Translations under genes and position numbers: made by a program
The notes under the pieces: generated by a model
What the model was told of the DNA's origin: nothing
The model's input: the letters and a program-made list of their open reading frames with translations, nothing else
Databases searched by the model: none
Shown here: positions 35,180 to 44,108 of the stretch, in pieces
Numbering within the stretch: position 1 is the stretch's first letter
How the letters are laid out: the number at the start of each line of letters is the position of its first letter
Source of the DNA: Treponema sp.
GTDB lineage: Bacteria > Spirochaetota > Spirochaetia > Treponematales > Breznakiellaceae
Reading direction: 5' to 3'
Length of the DNA stretch: 52,940 bases
Assembly: GCA_031288495.1 (NCBI GenBank)
Contig: JAITRH010000246.1
Coordinates: forward strand, 1-52,940

Positions 35180-36841
35180 ATGCCTATGAAATATATGAAA
35201 AAAAAGCGGTTGGTGGGCTCTATCGTAACCGCGTGTATCCTATTAGTGAACGCATCCGAATGGGAAGGAAGCATCTGGGAAGGAAATGCGGTGGTCGCTG
35301 CTCCGGGGGACCTTCCTGCAGAAGGGCACTACGTGGCTACCAATGTATTTCCCCGGAATACGGTGGTGTATATTACCAATCTTGAAACAGAAAAAACCAT
35401 TCCCGTTATCGTTGCCGCCAGCTTAGACAATCCGGGGCTCTTGATTACCCTGACGAGGGAGGCTGCCGAGGCAATAGGGATGCCCATAGGAGCCCTTGGC
35501 CGAATCAAGATGATACAGCCTGCAGACCCGGAAGCCTTTTCCAAATATCTTGCTCAGGTGGCTCAAAATAGAGGGGGTCCATCTTTTGATGAAGCCGCTC
35601 AAAGGAACGAGCGGGGAGCCGGGGATGCGGAGTCCGCGCTTCCTGAAAAGCCTGCCCTAAGTCCATCTGCCGCCGGATCCGGCCGTCCGGATTCGGTACC
35701 GCAAGAAAACGCCCCCCGCAAGGAGGCGATAGAGATCCCTGAAGCCTATAAACCCGGTACCCTTTCAGAGGTAAGGGTAGGGGAGAAACCTAAAGCGGAT
35801 CCGGAGTTGCTGGTGCTCCATGCGGCAGACCCGGAAGCCCCCGGCACGAATCATCCCGAGGTGAGCATCTTTCCTGACATCACCGGAGAGTCCAGGGTCG
35901 TCATCAATGAAAAGCCGGAAGAACGGCTGGAACAGCCTGAAATCTATTGGACGGGAACCCTAAGCGCCAACGAGCCTGAACGGACCGGTATGGAAGAAGC
36001 GCCGGGTAGGGGTAAAGAACCGGCAATGCCGGTACACTTTCCCCCTCAAGTACGGGGTGATCTGGCCGAGAGGCCCGGAACTTCCGGCAAAGGACCGGAC
36101 ATACCTGACGTCAATCCTCCGGAAGCCCTCCCCTCGGGCAGTTCCGATAGGGAGTCCCTGGCGATACAGGAAAAACCTATTTTGGAAGACAGCCTCATAA
36201 GGCCGGAAACCCATTTGCCCCTCCACATTCCCTCCCTTGCCAAGGGGGATCCGGGCCTTCAGATACAGGAGAAGCCGAGCACCGAGGCGATAGCCGCAAT
36301 AAGTCCAGAAAGTTCCGAAGGGCCCCGATATCCGGGGGATGCCTACAGCCTGAGGCTGACTCCTGCAGAAGAGCGGCCTCCTGCGGAACGGAAGGGTACC
36401 GGCCTTCCTGAGGAAGCGGAAATAGCCCCTATTGCCCATCCGGCGGAGGATGACCAAACCATCGACCCCAGTTTGATCATTGATGCAATCACCTATCCTG
36501 CGGCGGATTTCCAGGGACCTTTAGCGCCCGTCATACCTCCTATCCCGGAGGCCTCGAGAAGCGCCGGGTTTCCGCCGAAGTTTTCGGTTCCCCTGATCCG
36601 CCGTTTGGAAAAGGGTAAGTATTACCTCCAATTAGGGGCGTACCATAAAGCCGAGCTGGTAGAGCCCGAATTAGCTAAGATAGGAACCGTCTATCCCTTA
36701 GCCATTCAACATGCCGGGATGCCTGAGCTGCCCCTGTATCGGATTTTACTGGGCCCCCTGAATCTAGGGGAGAGCGGCACCCTTTTGCAGCGTTTCAGGG
36801 GTATTGGATACCACGACGCCTTTCTGAGATTGGGGACCTAG
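35180..36841 (+). CDS. RlpA-like (DPBB) protein with a long Pro/Glu-rich linker and a C-terminal SPOR domain
   Basis: The N-terminal region HYVATNVFPRNTVVYITNLETEKTIPVIVAASLDNPGLLITLTREAAEAIG resembles the RlpA double-psi barrel. The C-terminal KGKYYLQLGAYHKAELVEP...YRILLGPLNLGESGTLLQRFRGIGYHDAFL is a SPOR domain. I chose ATG 35180 as the start (GGAGG 6 nt upstream); the track ORF started at 35174. Confidence 0.7.
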   Translation: MPMKYMKKKRLVGSIVTACILLVNASEWEGSIWEGNAVVAAPGDLPAEGHYVATNVFPRNTVVYITNLETEKTIPVIVAASLDNPGLLITLTREAAEAIGMPIGALGRIKMIQPADPEAFSKYLAQVAQNRGGPSFDEAAQRNERGAGDAESALPEKPALSPSAAGSGRPDSVPQENAPRKEAIEIPEAYKPGTLSEVRVGEKPKADPELLVLHAADPEAPGTNHPEVSIFPDITGESRVVINEKPEERLEQPEIYWTGTLSANEPERTGMEEAPGRGKEPAMPVHFPPQVRGDLAERPGTSGKGPDIPDVNPPEALPSGSSDRESLAIQEKPILEDSLIRPETHLPLHIPSLAKGDPGLQIQEKPSTEAIAAISPESSEGPRYPGDAYSLRLTPAEERPPAERKGTGLPEEAEIAPIAHPAEDDQTIDPSLIIDAITYPAADFQGPLAPVIPPIPEASRSAGFPPKFSVPLIRRLEKGKYYLQLGAYHKAELVEPELAKIGTVYPLAIQHAGMPELPLYRILLGPLNLGESGTLLQRFRGIGYHDAFLRLGT

Positions 36842-37254
36842 CCGGAACGCTTGGCTTCGTTGATGGGAACCCCGGCTGTTCCTTACCGCCCTAAGCAGGT
36901 TCCTTGCCGTCTTGAGGGTTTTACCCTATGGGTGGGTGTAAGGAGTAAAAAAGATGCAGGGCTTAGTAAAGAAAGAGTAGCCCTATTAGGAGGGGATACG
37001 GAGGTATATCCCGAATGCCCGGCGCCGCAAAGGTTCTTTTCGTTTTTTATGAGCCCTGTTCGGAAACCGAAACTCCAAACAGTTTCCGGTAAAGCCGCTC
37101 TTTCCCGGAAGTTCGACGGGCGCTAGCCATCGGGCTTTTTCTTCTTTATCTCATCCTATTGGTTACAATCCGAATCCACCCCATCCCCATTCCGGCCCGG
37201 TATCGCCTGTCATTCCGGGCCGGCAGTATCCGGGCTTAACGGGAGCTCGATGTA

Positions 37255-37290
37255 AGAGTCCGCAGGTTACGGCGGACTCTTTTCTTCTTT
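37255..37290 (+). terminator. Orphan rho-independent terminator
   Basis: AGAGTCCGC-aggttacg-GCGGACTCT followed by TTTTCTTCTTT. The nearest upstream plus-strand CDS I trust ends 414 nt away, at 36841. Confidence 0.6.
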
Positions 37291-37485
37291 GTCGAGCTCA
37301 TGTTATTCACCCAAAGGGGAGGGCCTTTTCCTCCGGGTCGCTTTCCTGGATTGGGCCACCTATGCTCGTCTTAAAGATGGGGATTGCCCGGATCACAGTC
37401 CGGGTAATTCGCGGACAATCTTTGAGCTTGTTGACCCTAGACATGAAGGGACCGCAAGCCCTGGGACATCAAGCCTCCTTTAGAT

Positions 37486-38073
37486 TTAGAACATAAAGCC
37501 TACAGCGGCTTTTGCAAGGAGGCCGTGGCCTACTTGCGGACTTAATTCAGTGTCGCCGAAAGGAAGAACCACGCCATAGATAAGGTGGCTTCTCAGGAAG
37601 AGGGTGTCGGTGAAGAAAAAGTCAATCCCCAGGCCGCCTCGGATCCAAATATCGCTCCACCAGTCTTTCTCAAAATTAAGTTCCACATCCACCCCTCCGG
37701 TAGGGAAGAACACAAAGGCGTCTGAAATGGGGATGGGGTATTTCCCATACACCCCAAAGCCGAGAGCCGAGGTAGGTTGAGGAACCCCCTCATCAGGAAC
37801 TGAGGTCGTGGTACCCTCAACAGTTACCTCTGCCTCACCTGATTTATACATGAAGGCAAGATTGAACTCCACCCATTGGCTGAGACCGAAAAAGGCACAG
37901 GCCCCGAAGGATCCCCGGTTAAAGGTCCACTCATAATTGTACCCATAGAGGCTCTCTGTTCCTCCCTGGAAGGTATACCCTCCCAGGAGCCCGCCGCCTG
38001 CGGCCTTCTCTAATGCAAATGCCCCGCTCCCCAGGAGCACCAGGCAAAACCCTACAATAATACCCTTTTTCAC
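37486..38073 (-). CDS. Small outer-membrane beta-barrel protein (OmpW/OmpA-barrel-like)
   Basis: Signal peptide KKGIIVGFCLVLLGSGAFA, alternating hydrophobic beta-strand pattern and a C-terminal ...AAVGFMF aromatic terminus. I moved the start to GTG 38073 (GAGGTG SD). Confidence 0.65.
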   Translation of the reverse strand: MKKGIIVGFCLVLLGSGAFALEKAAGGGLLGGYTFQGGTESLYGYNYEWTFNRGSFGACAFFGLSQWVEFNLAFMYKSGEAEVTVEGTTTSVPDEGVPQPTSALGFGVYGKYPIPISDAFVFFPTGGVDVELNFEKDWWSDIWIRGGLGIDFFFTDTLFLRSHLIYGVVLPFGDTELSPQVGHGLLAKAAVGFMF

Positions 38074-38169
38074 AGAACACCTCGTTACGCGCAAATTCCT
38101 ATATCCATGGAAAACTTCCATGCCTGAATCGATCCCGTGGCGGGATCGGTTTCATTCCCTAAAACCGGC

Positions 38170-39114
38170 TTAAAACCGTTCCGACGCCATAGCCATGATT
38201 TCCGCGGTCTTCACATCCAGGGCCTTTGCCCGCAGCCGCCGGGTTGCCCCGCTGCCGCTGATGCTGCCGGTTATGACGATAGACGCCCCCAGCATCTTTC
38301 CTATGGACACCGCGGAATTATCATCCACCTCGCCGGAGAATTGGAAATCCTGTTCCGCCCGGATAGCGTCAAGGCTCTTTCTATCCACGATTTTGAATTT
38401 TCTGGTTTCCACCAGCAGATAGGCCAGTTCTTCGATGACAAAGTCCGACATATCCCGGTCCCGTGAAGCAATGCTTATGATTGCCAGGGTCGAGTTCCTC
38501 GGCAGGACCTGGATTAATTCTTCTGCGGCCCGGTACACCGCTCCTTCTATGGTAGTATCCGCGGCAATCTGGGGACGGGGAGTCTGCACCGGTTCGGGAT
38601 TCCGTACCGCTACCGGTTCGGGGTTCCGCGCCGGCTGAAAGGTCTGTACCGGCTCAGGAGCCGGCAAGGCCCTAGCCGCCGCCAAGGAGCCCTGCTCGGA
38701 ACTCCTCGGCCGGGGGCTTATGGCGATAGTTTGCTGGATCTCCGTATTGATAAGCCTGCCGTACCGCATGAGGGGCCTGATGGTTACCCGGTTTGAAACG
38801 GAATCCACCACTACCTGTTTTTTATCCCCGATATTCCATACCCCTCCTTTGGGGGTGGTTTCCGCGAGATGAACAATGTTTCTCCCATCCCGGACGATTA
38901 TTTTTTCCGTGGTTTTTTGAAACACATGGGCCACAATAGCGTCATTAACCCATACGGCAATATCTTTCTCCACATTCGTCCCGTTAATGACAATTTCCGA
39001 CTCTCCCTGCCGTGCCACGGCGTTTGGAGCATTCGGCGGCGCCAGTCTTGCCTGAGGGTACAGTGCCCCGGTGAGGGCCAGTCCCCATACTAACCCTAGT
39101 ATTTTTCCTTTCAT
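38170..39114 (-). CDS. Secreted protein with a C-terminal CsgG/HfaB-FlgO-LpoB-type domain
   Basis: It has a signal peptide and a Pro-rich linker with RNPEPV x2. The C-terminal region is TLAIISIASRDRDMSDFVIEELAYLLVETRKFKIVDRKSLDAIRAEQDFQFSGEVDDNSAVSIGKMLGASIVITGSI. Confidence 0.5.
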   Translation of the reverse strand: MKGKILGLVWGLALTGALYPQARLAPPNAPNAVARQGESEIVINGTNVEKDIAVWVNDAIVAHVFQKTTEKIIVRDGRNIVHLAETTPKGGVWNIGDKKQVVVDSVSNRVTIRPLMRYGRLINTEIQQTIAISPRPRSSEQGSLAAARALPAPEPVQTFQPARNPEPVAVRNPEPVQTPRPQIAADTTIEGAVYRAAEELIQVLPRNSTLAIISIASRDRDMSDFVIEELAYLLVETRKFKIVDRKSLDAIRAEQDFQFSGEVDDNSAVSIGKMLGASIVITGSISGSGATRRLRAKALDVKTAEIMAMASERF

Positions 39115-39201
39115 GTTTCTCCGTTACTCCATTACAAACCTATGGCTCGGATGGGGGTACAGAGGGCAGGGGAACCCCGCCATCTGTACCCTGCAACTTG
39201 G

Positions 39202-39753
39202 CTATAAGCCAAGCAGTTGATTCAGTTCTTGGTCGGTCTTCTCAAACACCGTGTCCACGTACTCGTTGATGTCTTTTTTGAAACTGTTCTTATCCAAGTA
39301 GACCACCACGTAGGTGTTGCCCCGGCCGTTCATATAGGGTCCAAAGGTCTTTACCTTCCGCAGGGTTTGGGTAACGATCTGCTTGGTGGAATCCTGAAAA
39401 CGGGCCACCCGGTCGGTTTCCCCATTGGCCTCGGCCCGCCGAACCGCGTTCTCGCCGATAGCCGCCACCTCGGTCTCCAAACTCCCCGCCAGGTTCTCCC
39501 GGGCGAGGAGGGTAGCCTGCTGTAAGGCATCCGACTCGTTCTGGAATTCCGAGATCCCCATGCCGTAGTACACGTCATCCGTGGTCTGATGCCCCTGTAT
39601 CCACTGGGCGACTTCATTCGGCGGCCCCCCTTGAGGTTGTTGCGGCTGGCTCGCTGCGGGCTCTGAGGGCGGAGCGCTGACACAGCTTATAAGCAAAGCC
39701 CCTGCTGCTACGGCCGCCCATACGACTGATACGATTCGCTTTTTCATCTTCAA
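39202..39753 (-). CDS. LPP20/FlgP-family-like lipoprotein
   Basis: Lipobox LLISC. DDVYYGMGISEFQNESDALQQATLLARENLAGSLETEV... resembles the LPP20 domain. A GGAGG SD is present. Confidence 0.5.
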   Translation of the reverse strand: MKMKKRIVSVVWAAVAAGALLISCVSAPPSEPAASQPQQPQGGPPNEVAQWIQGHQTTDDVYYGMGISEFQNESDALQQATLLARENLAGSLETEVAAIGENAVRRAEANGETDRVARFQDSTKQIVTQTLRKVKTFGPYMNGRGNTYVVVYLDKNSFKKDINEYVDTVFEKTDQELNQLLGL

Positions 39754-39789
39754 TCCTCCTTAAGATTGATACGAAATAGAGAAAATAAT

Positions 39790-40782
39790 TTAATCACCTA
39801 AAAAGGCGTTAAATTCATGGATAAAGTTCGCTTCCAGGTCCTTTTCTATTTCCCGGAAGGCGATGGTATAGGCCATATCCCGGTTCCGGGCCCCTTGGCG
39901 CTCATAATTCTTGGTGTAGGAAAAGAGGAGGTCCCCGGCCTTGCTACTGAGCTGCAAGGTGATCCCTGAATGGATGAAAACCCCCGCGGGGAAGTGCTCT
40001 TCATTACAAGAGATCTCTCCGGTAATGGCGTAGTCTCCCTGGTTCCGCACCGCCACATAGCCGCTTTTTTCCAGCACATCCAAGAGTTTACGCTGGATCC
40101 GGCCCTGCGGATCCGCTTCAATCGCCGCACTAAACCGCAGTTTGGAACGAAAGGTTCTGCTGTCGGCCATGATGTTCCGGGTATACTCCAGGGTTTCCCG
40201 ATACTCGGTTCCGGCATCGGACAGTTCTCCCAAGCCGAGGATATCCGCTTCAATGCATTGGGCAATGGAAGCGGCCCGCTTAAAGGTCTGGTATTGCTGC
40301 AAGGGGTCTCCGGTTTCCTTCAGCATGGTTTCCAGCATGGTCAGGTTCGTGGCGATCCGGTTTTGATAGAGTTCCGCGGCTTCCTGTTTGTTGATGTAGG
40401 CCAGGACATACCAGTTCCGGTTCTGGTCGTTATACCAGGGAGAGGTAAAATGGGCGCCCAGGAATTCCGCCTGACTTGCGATCCGTACCTGGTTGCTCAT
40501 AGCGGTTTGCTTTACCGCCTGTTTCTGGCTGCCGGAAACCACTTCGTTATACCGGTCAAGCAGTTCCTGCTGTACGGAAACGGTGCTCTTAAAATAGAGG
40601 GAAAGTCCCTTCATCGCGGCATTCTTCGCTTCCTCATCCCCTGTCCCCATACCCATGGCGCTTATGAACCGGGAGTCCGGATATTCCTGTTCCCGAAACC
40701 GGACCCACCGGGGTTCGGGTCCAACCGCAAAGACCCTGAGGCCCGTAACGAGGCCCAGGATCAGCATCATGTTCTTACCCAT
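39790..40782 (-). CDS. Secreted protein with an N-terminal LPP20-like domain and an unknown C-terminal domain
   Basis: It has a signal peptide. SRFISAMGMGTGDEEAKNAAMKGLSLYFKSTVSVQQEL...WYVLAYINKQEA resembles the LPP20 pattern. A GGAGGTG SD lies 4 nt upstream. Confidence 0.45.
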   Translation of the reverse strand: MGKNMMLILGLVTGLRVFAVGPEPRWVRFREQEYPDSRFISAMGMGTGDEEAKNAAMKGLSLYFKSTVSVQQELLDRYNEVVSGSQKQAVKQTAMSNQVRIASQAEFLGAHFTSPWYNDQNRNWYVLAYINKQEAAELYQNRIATNLTMLETMLKETGDPLQQYQTFKRAASIAQCIEADILGLGELSDAGTEYRETLEYTRNIMADSRTFRSKLRFSAAIEADPQGRIQRKLLDVLEKSGYVAVRNQGDYAITGEISCNEEHFPAGVFIHSGITLQLSSKAGDLLFSYTKNYERQGARNRDMAYTIAFREIEKDLEANFIHEFNAFLGD

Positions 40783-40793
40783 CTGCCACCTCC

Positions 40794-41333
40794 TTAGGGG
40801 GACAAAAGCTGATTATACATGGTGAGGTACTTGCCCCCGGAAAGCTCCGTGCTCCCGCTGGTCAAGATCTCCCCGGTCCGGGTATCGATGGTTTTCATGT
40901 GAACCTCGATCTTCCGGCCCACCTTGATCAAGGTGCCCAAGACCACCGCAGAGGCCCCGAGCATTCCCCCCAAGGCTACGGCGGAGTTGTCGCTCACATA
41001 ACCGGAGGCGCTGAAATCAAACTCTGCCGCGAGACGGTCGATCTGGGAACGTTCAACCAGGGTGATATTGGGGCGCTTCGTAAGATAATGGCCGGTCTGT
41101 TCCGCAAAATAGCGGCCCAGCACGCTTTGGTGTCCGTCCACATTAAGAAAATCCAGGACCGCCACGGTCATCTTCTCTTCTGTTGTACCGGAGGAGGAAG
41201 CCCCGGAACCGGTAAGGCCCTGGAGGAGGCCCTTCTTTTCCATGTCCCGGCTTACCGTGGGGTCCTCTTGAGAAAATCCGAAACCCCCGGCCAGGACCAG
41301 CATCGCCGCCATGGAAAAGAGTGTTCGTTTCAT
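40794..41333 (-). CDS. Secreted CsgG/HfaB-FlgO-LpoB-type domain protein
   Basis: Signal peptide MKRTLFSMAAMLVLAGGFGFS. The core is TVAVLDFLNVDGHQSVLGRYFAEQTGHYLTKRPNITLVERSQIDRLAAEFDFSASGYVSDNSAVALGGMLGASAVVLGTL. I moved the start to ATG 41333 (AAGGAG SD). Confidence 0.5.
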   Translation of the reverse strand: MKRTLFSMAAMLVLAGGFGFSQEDPTVSRDMEKKGLLQGLTGSGASSSGTTEEKMTVAVLDFLNVDGHQSVLGRYFAEQTGHYLTKRPNITLVERSQIDRLAAEFDFSASGYVSDNSAVALGGMLGASAVVLGTLIKVGRKIEVHMKTIDTRTGEILTSGSTELSGGKYLTMYNQLLSP

Positions 41334-41416
41334 GTAATTCTCCTTAAAAACTGGCAACTGTACGACTGCGGCGGAACCCCGGGGGCCTCAACCGCAGATC
41401 CGATCAAGCCGGGGCG

Positions 41417-43075
41417 TTACGGTATTTTCTGTATAGCCCGTTTCTGCGAGGGTACGGTCCCTATCGAATAGTACCCGCTCAAATCAACAGACTCATAGGT
41501 TGATTTCTCGCTTTCCACACCCGCAGCATTGACCACGGCTACTTTGAAATAGGCGGTACCCGTACCACTCCAATCCTCACTGTAAAAGTAAGTTTGAGGA
41601 GCAGTTACCTCACCATCATAGTTATAGGGCCCATTTGCATTCCGTGACCAATAAATGACATACTTCACCGCGCCACTTACCGAATTCCACGAAACATATA
41701 CCTTATCTGATGATGATCGGTATGCCCATATAGTACCCGGCGGAGAAAGAGCAGATCCGCTGTTTCCACTTGAAGACCAGGTTGTTGCAGAACCCTTTGA
41801 TGATTGGGTGCTTTCCCCAGCGCTATTCACCGCGCTTACCTTGTAATAATAGGTAGAGCCTGGAGATAAACCCGTATCAGAATAGGATAAAGCAGATGAT
41901 GAGGAAGATACCGTTACCTCCTTATGGAAAGAATAGTAGATATCTGCAGAACTACGGTAAATCTTATAACTGGTAGCGCCAGGAACCTCAGACCAATATA
42001 CGGTAATGCTGCTTGAAGAGCTTGCCGACGCATATACTGATTGAGGAGCAGAAGGGATGGCCTCTTGGGTTTTTGCAGAAACCGCTGTTGATTTTGGGCT
42101 TTCTCCATAGGCATTATACGCAGATATCCTATAATAATACGTCGTACCCTGGTACAATCCCTCATCAGTATAGAAAGTGGAACTAGTGGTTCTCAGGAAT
42201 GACTCGATATCATCGTCCTGCATCTTACGGTAGATATTATAACCGGAAGCGCCTTGAACCGAAGACCAGCTTAGGGTAATACTGGTTGAAGAACTTGCCG
42301 ATGTACTGATGTTAGAAGGAGTGGAAGGCGGGGACCCACTGCTTCCTTCCCCTGAATATGTTCCAAACGAGGCAGTAGCAGACTTAGGGCCTTCACCGGC
42401 GGCATTGAATGCGCTGACTTTGAAATATCCATGGTTATACTTCGTCCAGTCCACACTGATATATGGAGGTGCCTCAATCGACTCTTCGCGCTCATATTCC
42501 TCTTCTTTGTCTTCAAATGCCCAATAAACAAAATAGAGCAAAGCCCCATCCACCGGATTCCATGTAACAGATACTTCATCTTCGGATATACGGGTTGCGG
42601 TTACACCGGTTGGCGCAACTGGCGGCTGAACACCATTACCTCCACCCGCGGTTGTGTTTCCTGGAACGATTGATGAGTCGGGACCATATCCCTTACCATT
42701 ATACGCCCCTACTTTATAATAATAGAAGGTATTCGGGGATAATCCGGTATCGGTATAGGATGTACCTTTTATCTCCTCTTTCCGCACACTATAGGGGCCG
42801 TCGGCACTATCCGCACGGGATACCCTATAATTAGTAGCGCTTTCGACTTTAGACCACGTTAGGGTAATAGTGCCGGAAGTTCTTGCTGATACAGTTACGC
42901 CTGTAGGAGCAAGAGTAGGAGCAGCCGCGGCTTCGCCACCCCTGCCCACGGCTTCCTCTAGGGCACCCCCAAAGCCGCCGCCGTCTCCGCCGTCACTGTC
43001 GCATGCGCTCAGGACTAACCCGAATACCAGCACAAGGCTGCATATTCCCGTCATAATTGTCTGATACTTTTTCAT
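41417..43075 (-). CDS. Lipoprotein composed of five fibronectin type III-like repeats
   Basis: Lipobox LVLSAC. There are five units of about 90-95 aa, e.g. SITLSWSSVQGASGYNIYR...YTDEGLYQGTTYYYRISAYNAYGESPKS. The start ATG 43075 follows AAAGGAGG and forms an ATGA overlap with the upstream ORF stop. Confidence 0.8.
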   Translation of the reverse strand: MKKYQTIMTGICSLVLVFGLVLSACDSDGGDGGGFGGALEEAVGRGGEAAAAPTLAPTGVTVSARTSGTITLTWSKVESATNYRVSRADSADGPYSVRKEEIKGTSYTDTGLSPNTFYYYKVGAYNGKGYGPDSSIVPGNTTAGGGNGVQPPVAPTGVTATRISEDEVSVTWNPVDGALLYFVYWAFEDKEEEYEREESIEAPPYISVDWTKYNHGYFKVSAFNAAGEGPKSATASFGTYSGEGSSGSPPSTPSNISTSASSSTSITLSWSSVQGASGYNIYRKMQDDDIESFLRTTSSTFYTDEGLYQGTTYYYRISAYNAYGESPKSTAVSAKTQEAIPSAPQSVYASASSSSSITVYWSEVPGATSYKIYRSSADIYYSFHKEVTVSSSSSALSYSDTGLSPGSTYYYKVSAVNSAGESTQSSKGSATTWSSSGNSGSALSPPGTIWAYRSSSDKVYVSWNSVSGAVKYVIYWSRNANGPYNYDGEVTAPQTYFYSEDWSGTGTAYFKVAVVNAAGVESEKSTYESVDLSGYYSIGTVPSQKRAIQKIP

Positions 43076-43422
43076 GAAGTACCTCCTTTTTGCAGAAACC
43101 CCACCGGAATAGGCCAAGAAGGGTCTTTTCCCGCGGCTCCCATATATAATGCCCTTATGGGCAAGGTTTCTGAGGGTAATTGCAGGAAGAAGTCCCCCGG
43201 TTCCACCGGAGCGCCATACCGGTCATGAAGTTCCAAGGTCCCGGCTACGGCTTGGCCTATCCAGGAACCTTGAACAAACCCGGCAGCTTCAGGACCGGTA
43301 CAGCTCTGCGGGGACAAAGAATGGCAGAGGTTTCCCCTTAGATACTGCATGGCTTCTAAATAAACTGCCAAACCTACGGCTGCGTTGGGCATACCATAAT
43401 AAGAGAAGGTTCTTTTATGCAT
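43072..43422 (-). CDS. Hypothetical 116-aa protein, first gene of the envelope operon
   Basis: Its stop overlaps the next start (ATGA at 43072-43075). It has no signal peptide and no recognised motif. Confidence 0.45.
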   Translation of the reverse strand: MHKRTFSYYGMPNAAVGLAVYLEAMQYLRGNLCHSLSPQSCTGPEAAGFVQGSWIGQAVAGTLELHDRYGAPVEPGDFFLQLPSETLPIRALYMGAAGKDPSWPIPVGFLQKGGTS

Positions 43423-43440
43423 CTCATCACCGCCTTTAAA

Positions 43441-43486
43441 GGTATTGGTAATACCGTATATTTACTTGTTTATACCAAGTAAATAT
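43441..43486. promoter_or_regulatory. Two adjacent palindromes (putative operator) in the divergent intergenic region
   Basis: GGTATT-ggt-AATACC lies at 43441-43455. A perfect 11-bp inverted repeat ATATTTACTTG-tttatac-CAAGTAAATAT lies at 43458-43486. Both sit between the envelope operon (minus strand) and the first XRE gene (plus strand). Confidence 0.55.
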
Positions 43487-43584
43487 GAAAAAAATCCGGT
43501 ACCACCTTAGTATGCACTTGTTATTACCTAGTTGTCAATACCCGGTAAAGACCTATCATACCAATTGAAGAATGTAAATACACT

Positions 43585-43944
43585 ATGAACATAGGACCAG
43601 AAAGATTGCGAAAATTGCTCTCCTTGAATATCAAGAGCCGCAGGAGATTCTTAGGCATATCCCAGGAGAAACTGGCGGAAACCGCGGACCTTTCCGCCCA
43701 GACCGTGAACGATATCGAGGGTTGCCGTATGTGGGTGAGCGATAAGACCCTCGTGAAACTCGCCAAGGCCCTGGACGTGGAGGCATACCAGCTTTTACTC
43801 CCCACTATTGAAGAAAAAACAACCGGAGAAACTCCGGAAGCCGCCCATTCCCCGGCAGAAACCTTACTCACCCTTCAGCATAATCTCAAAAAACAAATCG
43901 ACCGGCAATTTGATGAAGTCCTCAGATCCGGCCTATGGCGGTAA
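43585..43944 (+). CDS. XRE-family helix-turn-helix transcriptional regulator, copy 1
   Basis: LRKLLSLNIKSRRRFLGISQEKLAETADLSAQTVNDIEGCRMWVSDKTLVKLAKALDVEAYQLL is a Cro/C1-type HTH. 119 aa. Confidence 0.8.
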   Translation: MNIGPERLRKLLSLNIKSRRRFLGISQEKLAETADLSAQTVNDIEGCRMWVSDKTLVKLAKALDVEAYQLLLPTIEEKTTGETPEAAHSPAETLLTLQHNLKKQIDRQFDEVLRSGLWR

Positions 43945-44108
43945 GTCTCCATGTATGAATCCGGTAAGACCGGGGTAAGCCCTTGCTCATACCAAAAGAC
44001 GCCTTGCCGGTAACAATCCGTATATTGGTTTTAACAAGTTGTCAGTCCTTAGGATTGCCGAGTACCGTAATGAGCACAGTACTATCATCAAGGAGTTTAC
44101 GAGAAAAA

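Noticed and set aside
35700-36500. The Pro/Glu-rich linker of the RlpA/SPOR protein has recurring (V/I)xEKP motifs, which could be an internal tandem repeat.
   Set aside because: It is only a loose, degenerate periodicity at the protein level, with no clear DNA-level repeat. Low-complexity linkers are common in SPOR proteins.
39970-40797. A 275-aa plus-strand ORF lies antisense to the 330-aa LPP20-like gene. Similar long antisense ORFs occur at 30857-31657 (opposite ddl), 14545-15204 (opposite trxB), 16412-17164 (opposite the GH3 gene), 11751-12356, 19653-20132, 21213-21662 and 23389-23808.
   Set aside because: Each lies fully inside a well-supported gene with clear family motifs on the other strand. 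Their translations are Arg/Gly/Pro-rich and low-complexity and have no recognisable motifs. This is typical of spurious antisense frames in moderately GC-rich DNA.
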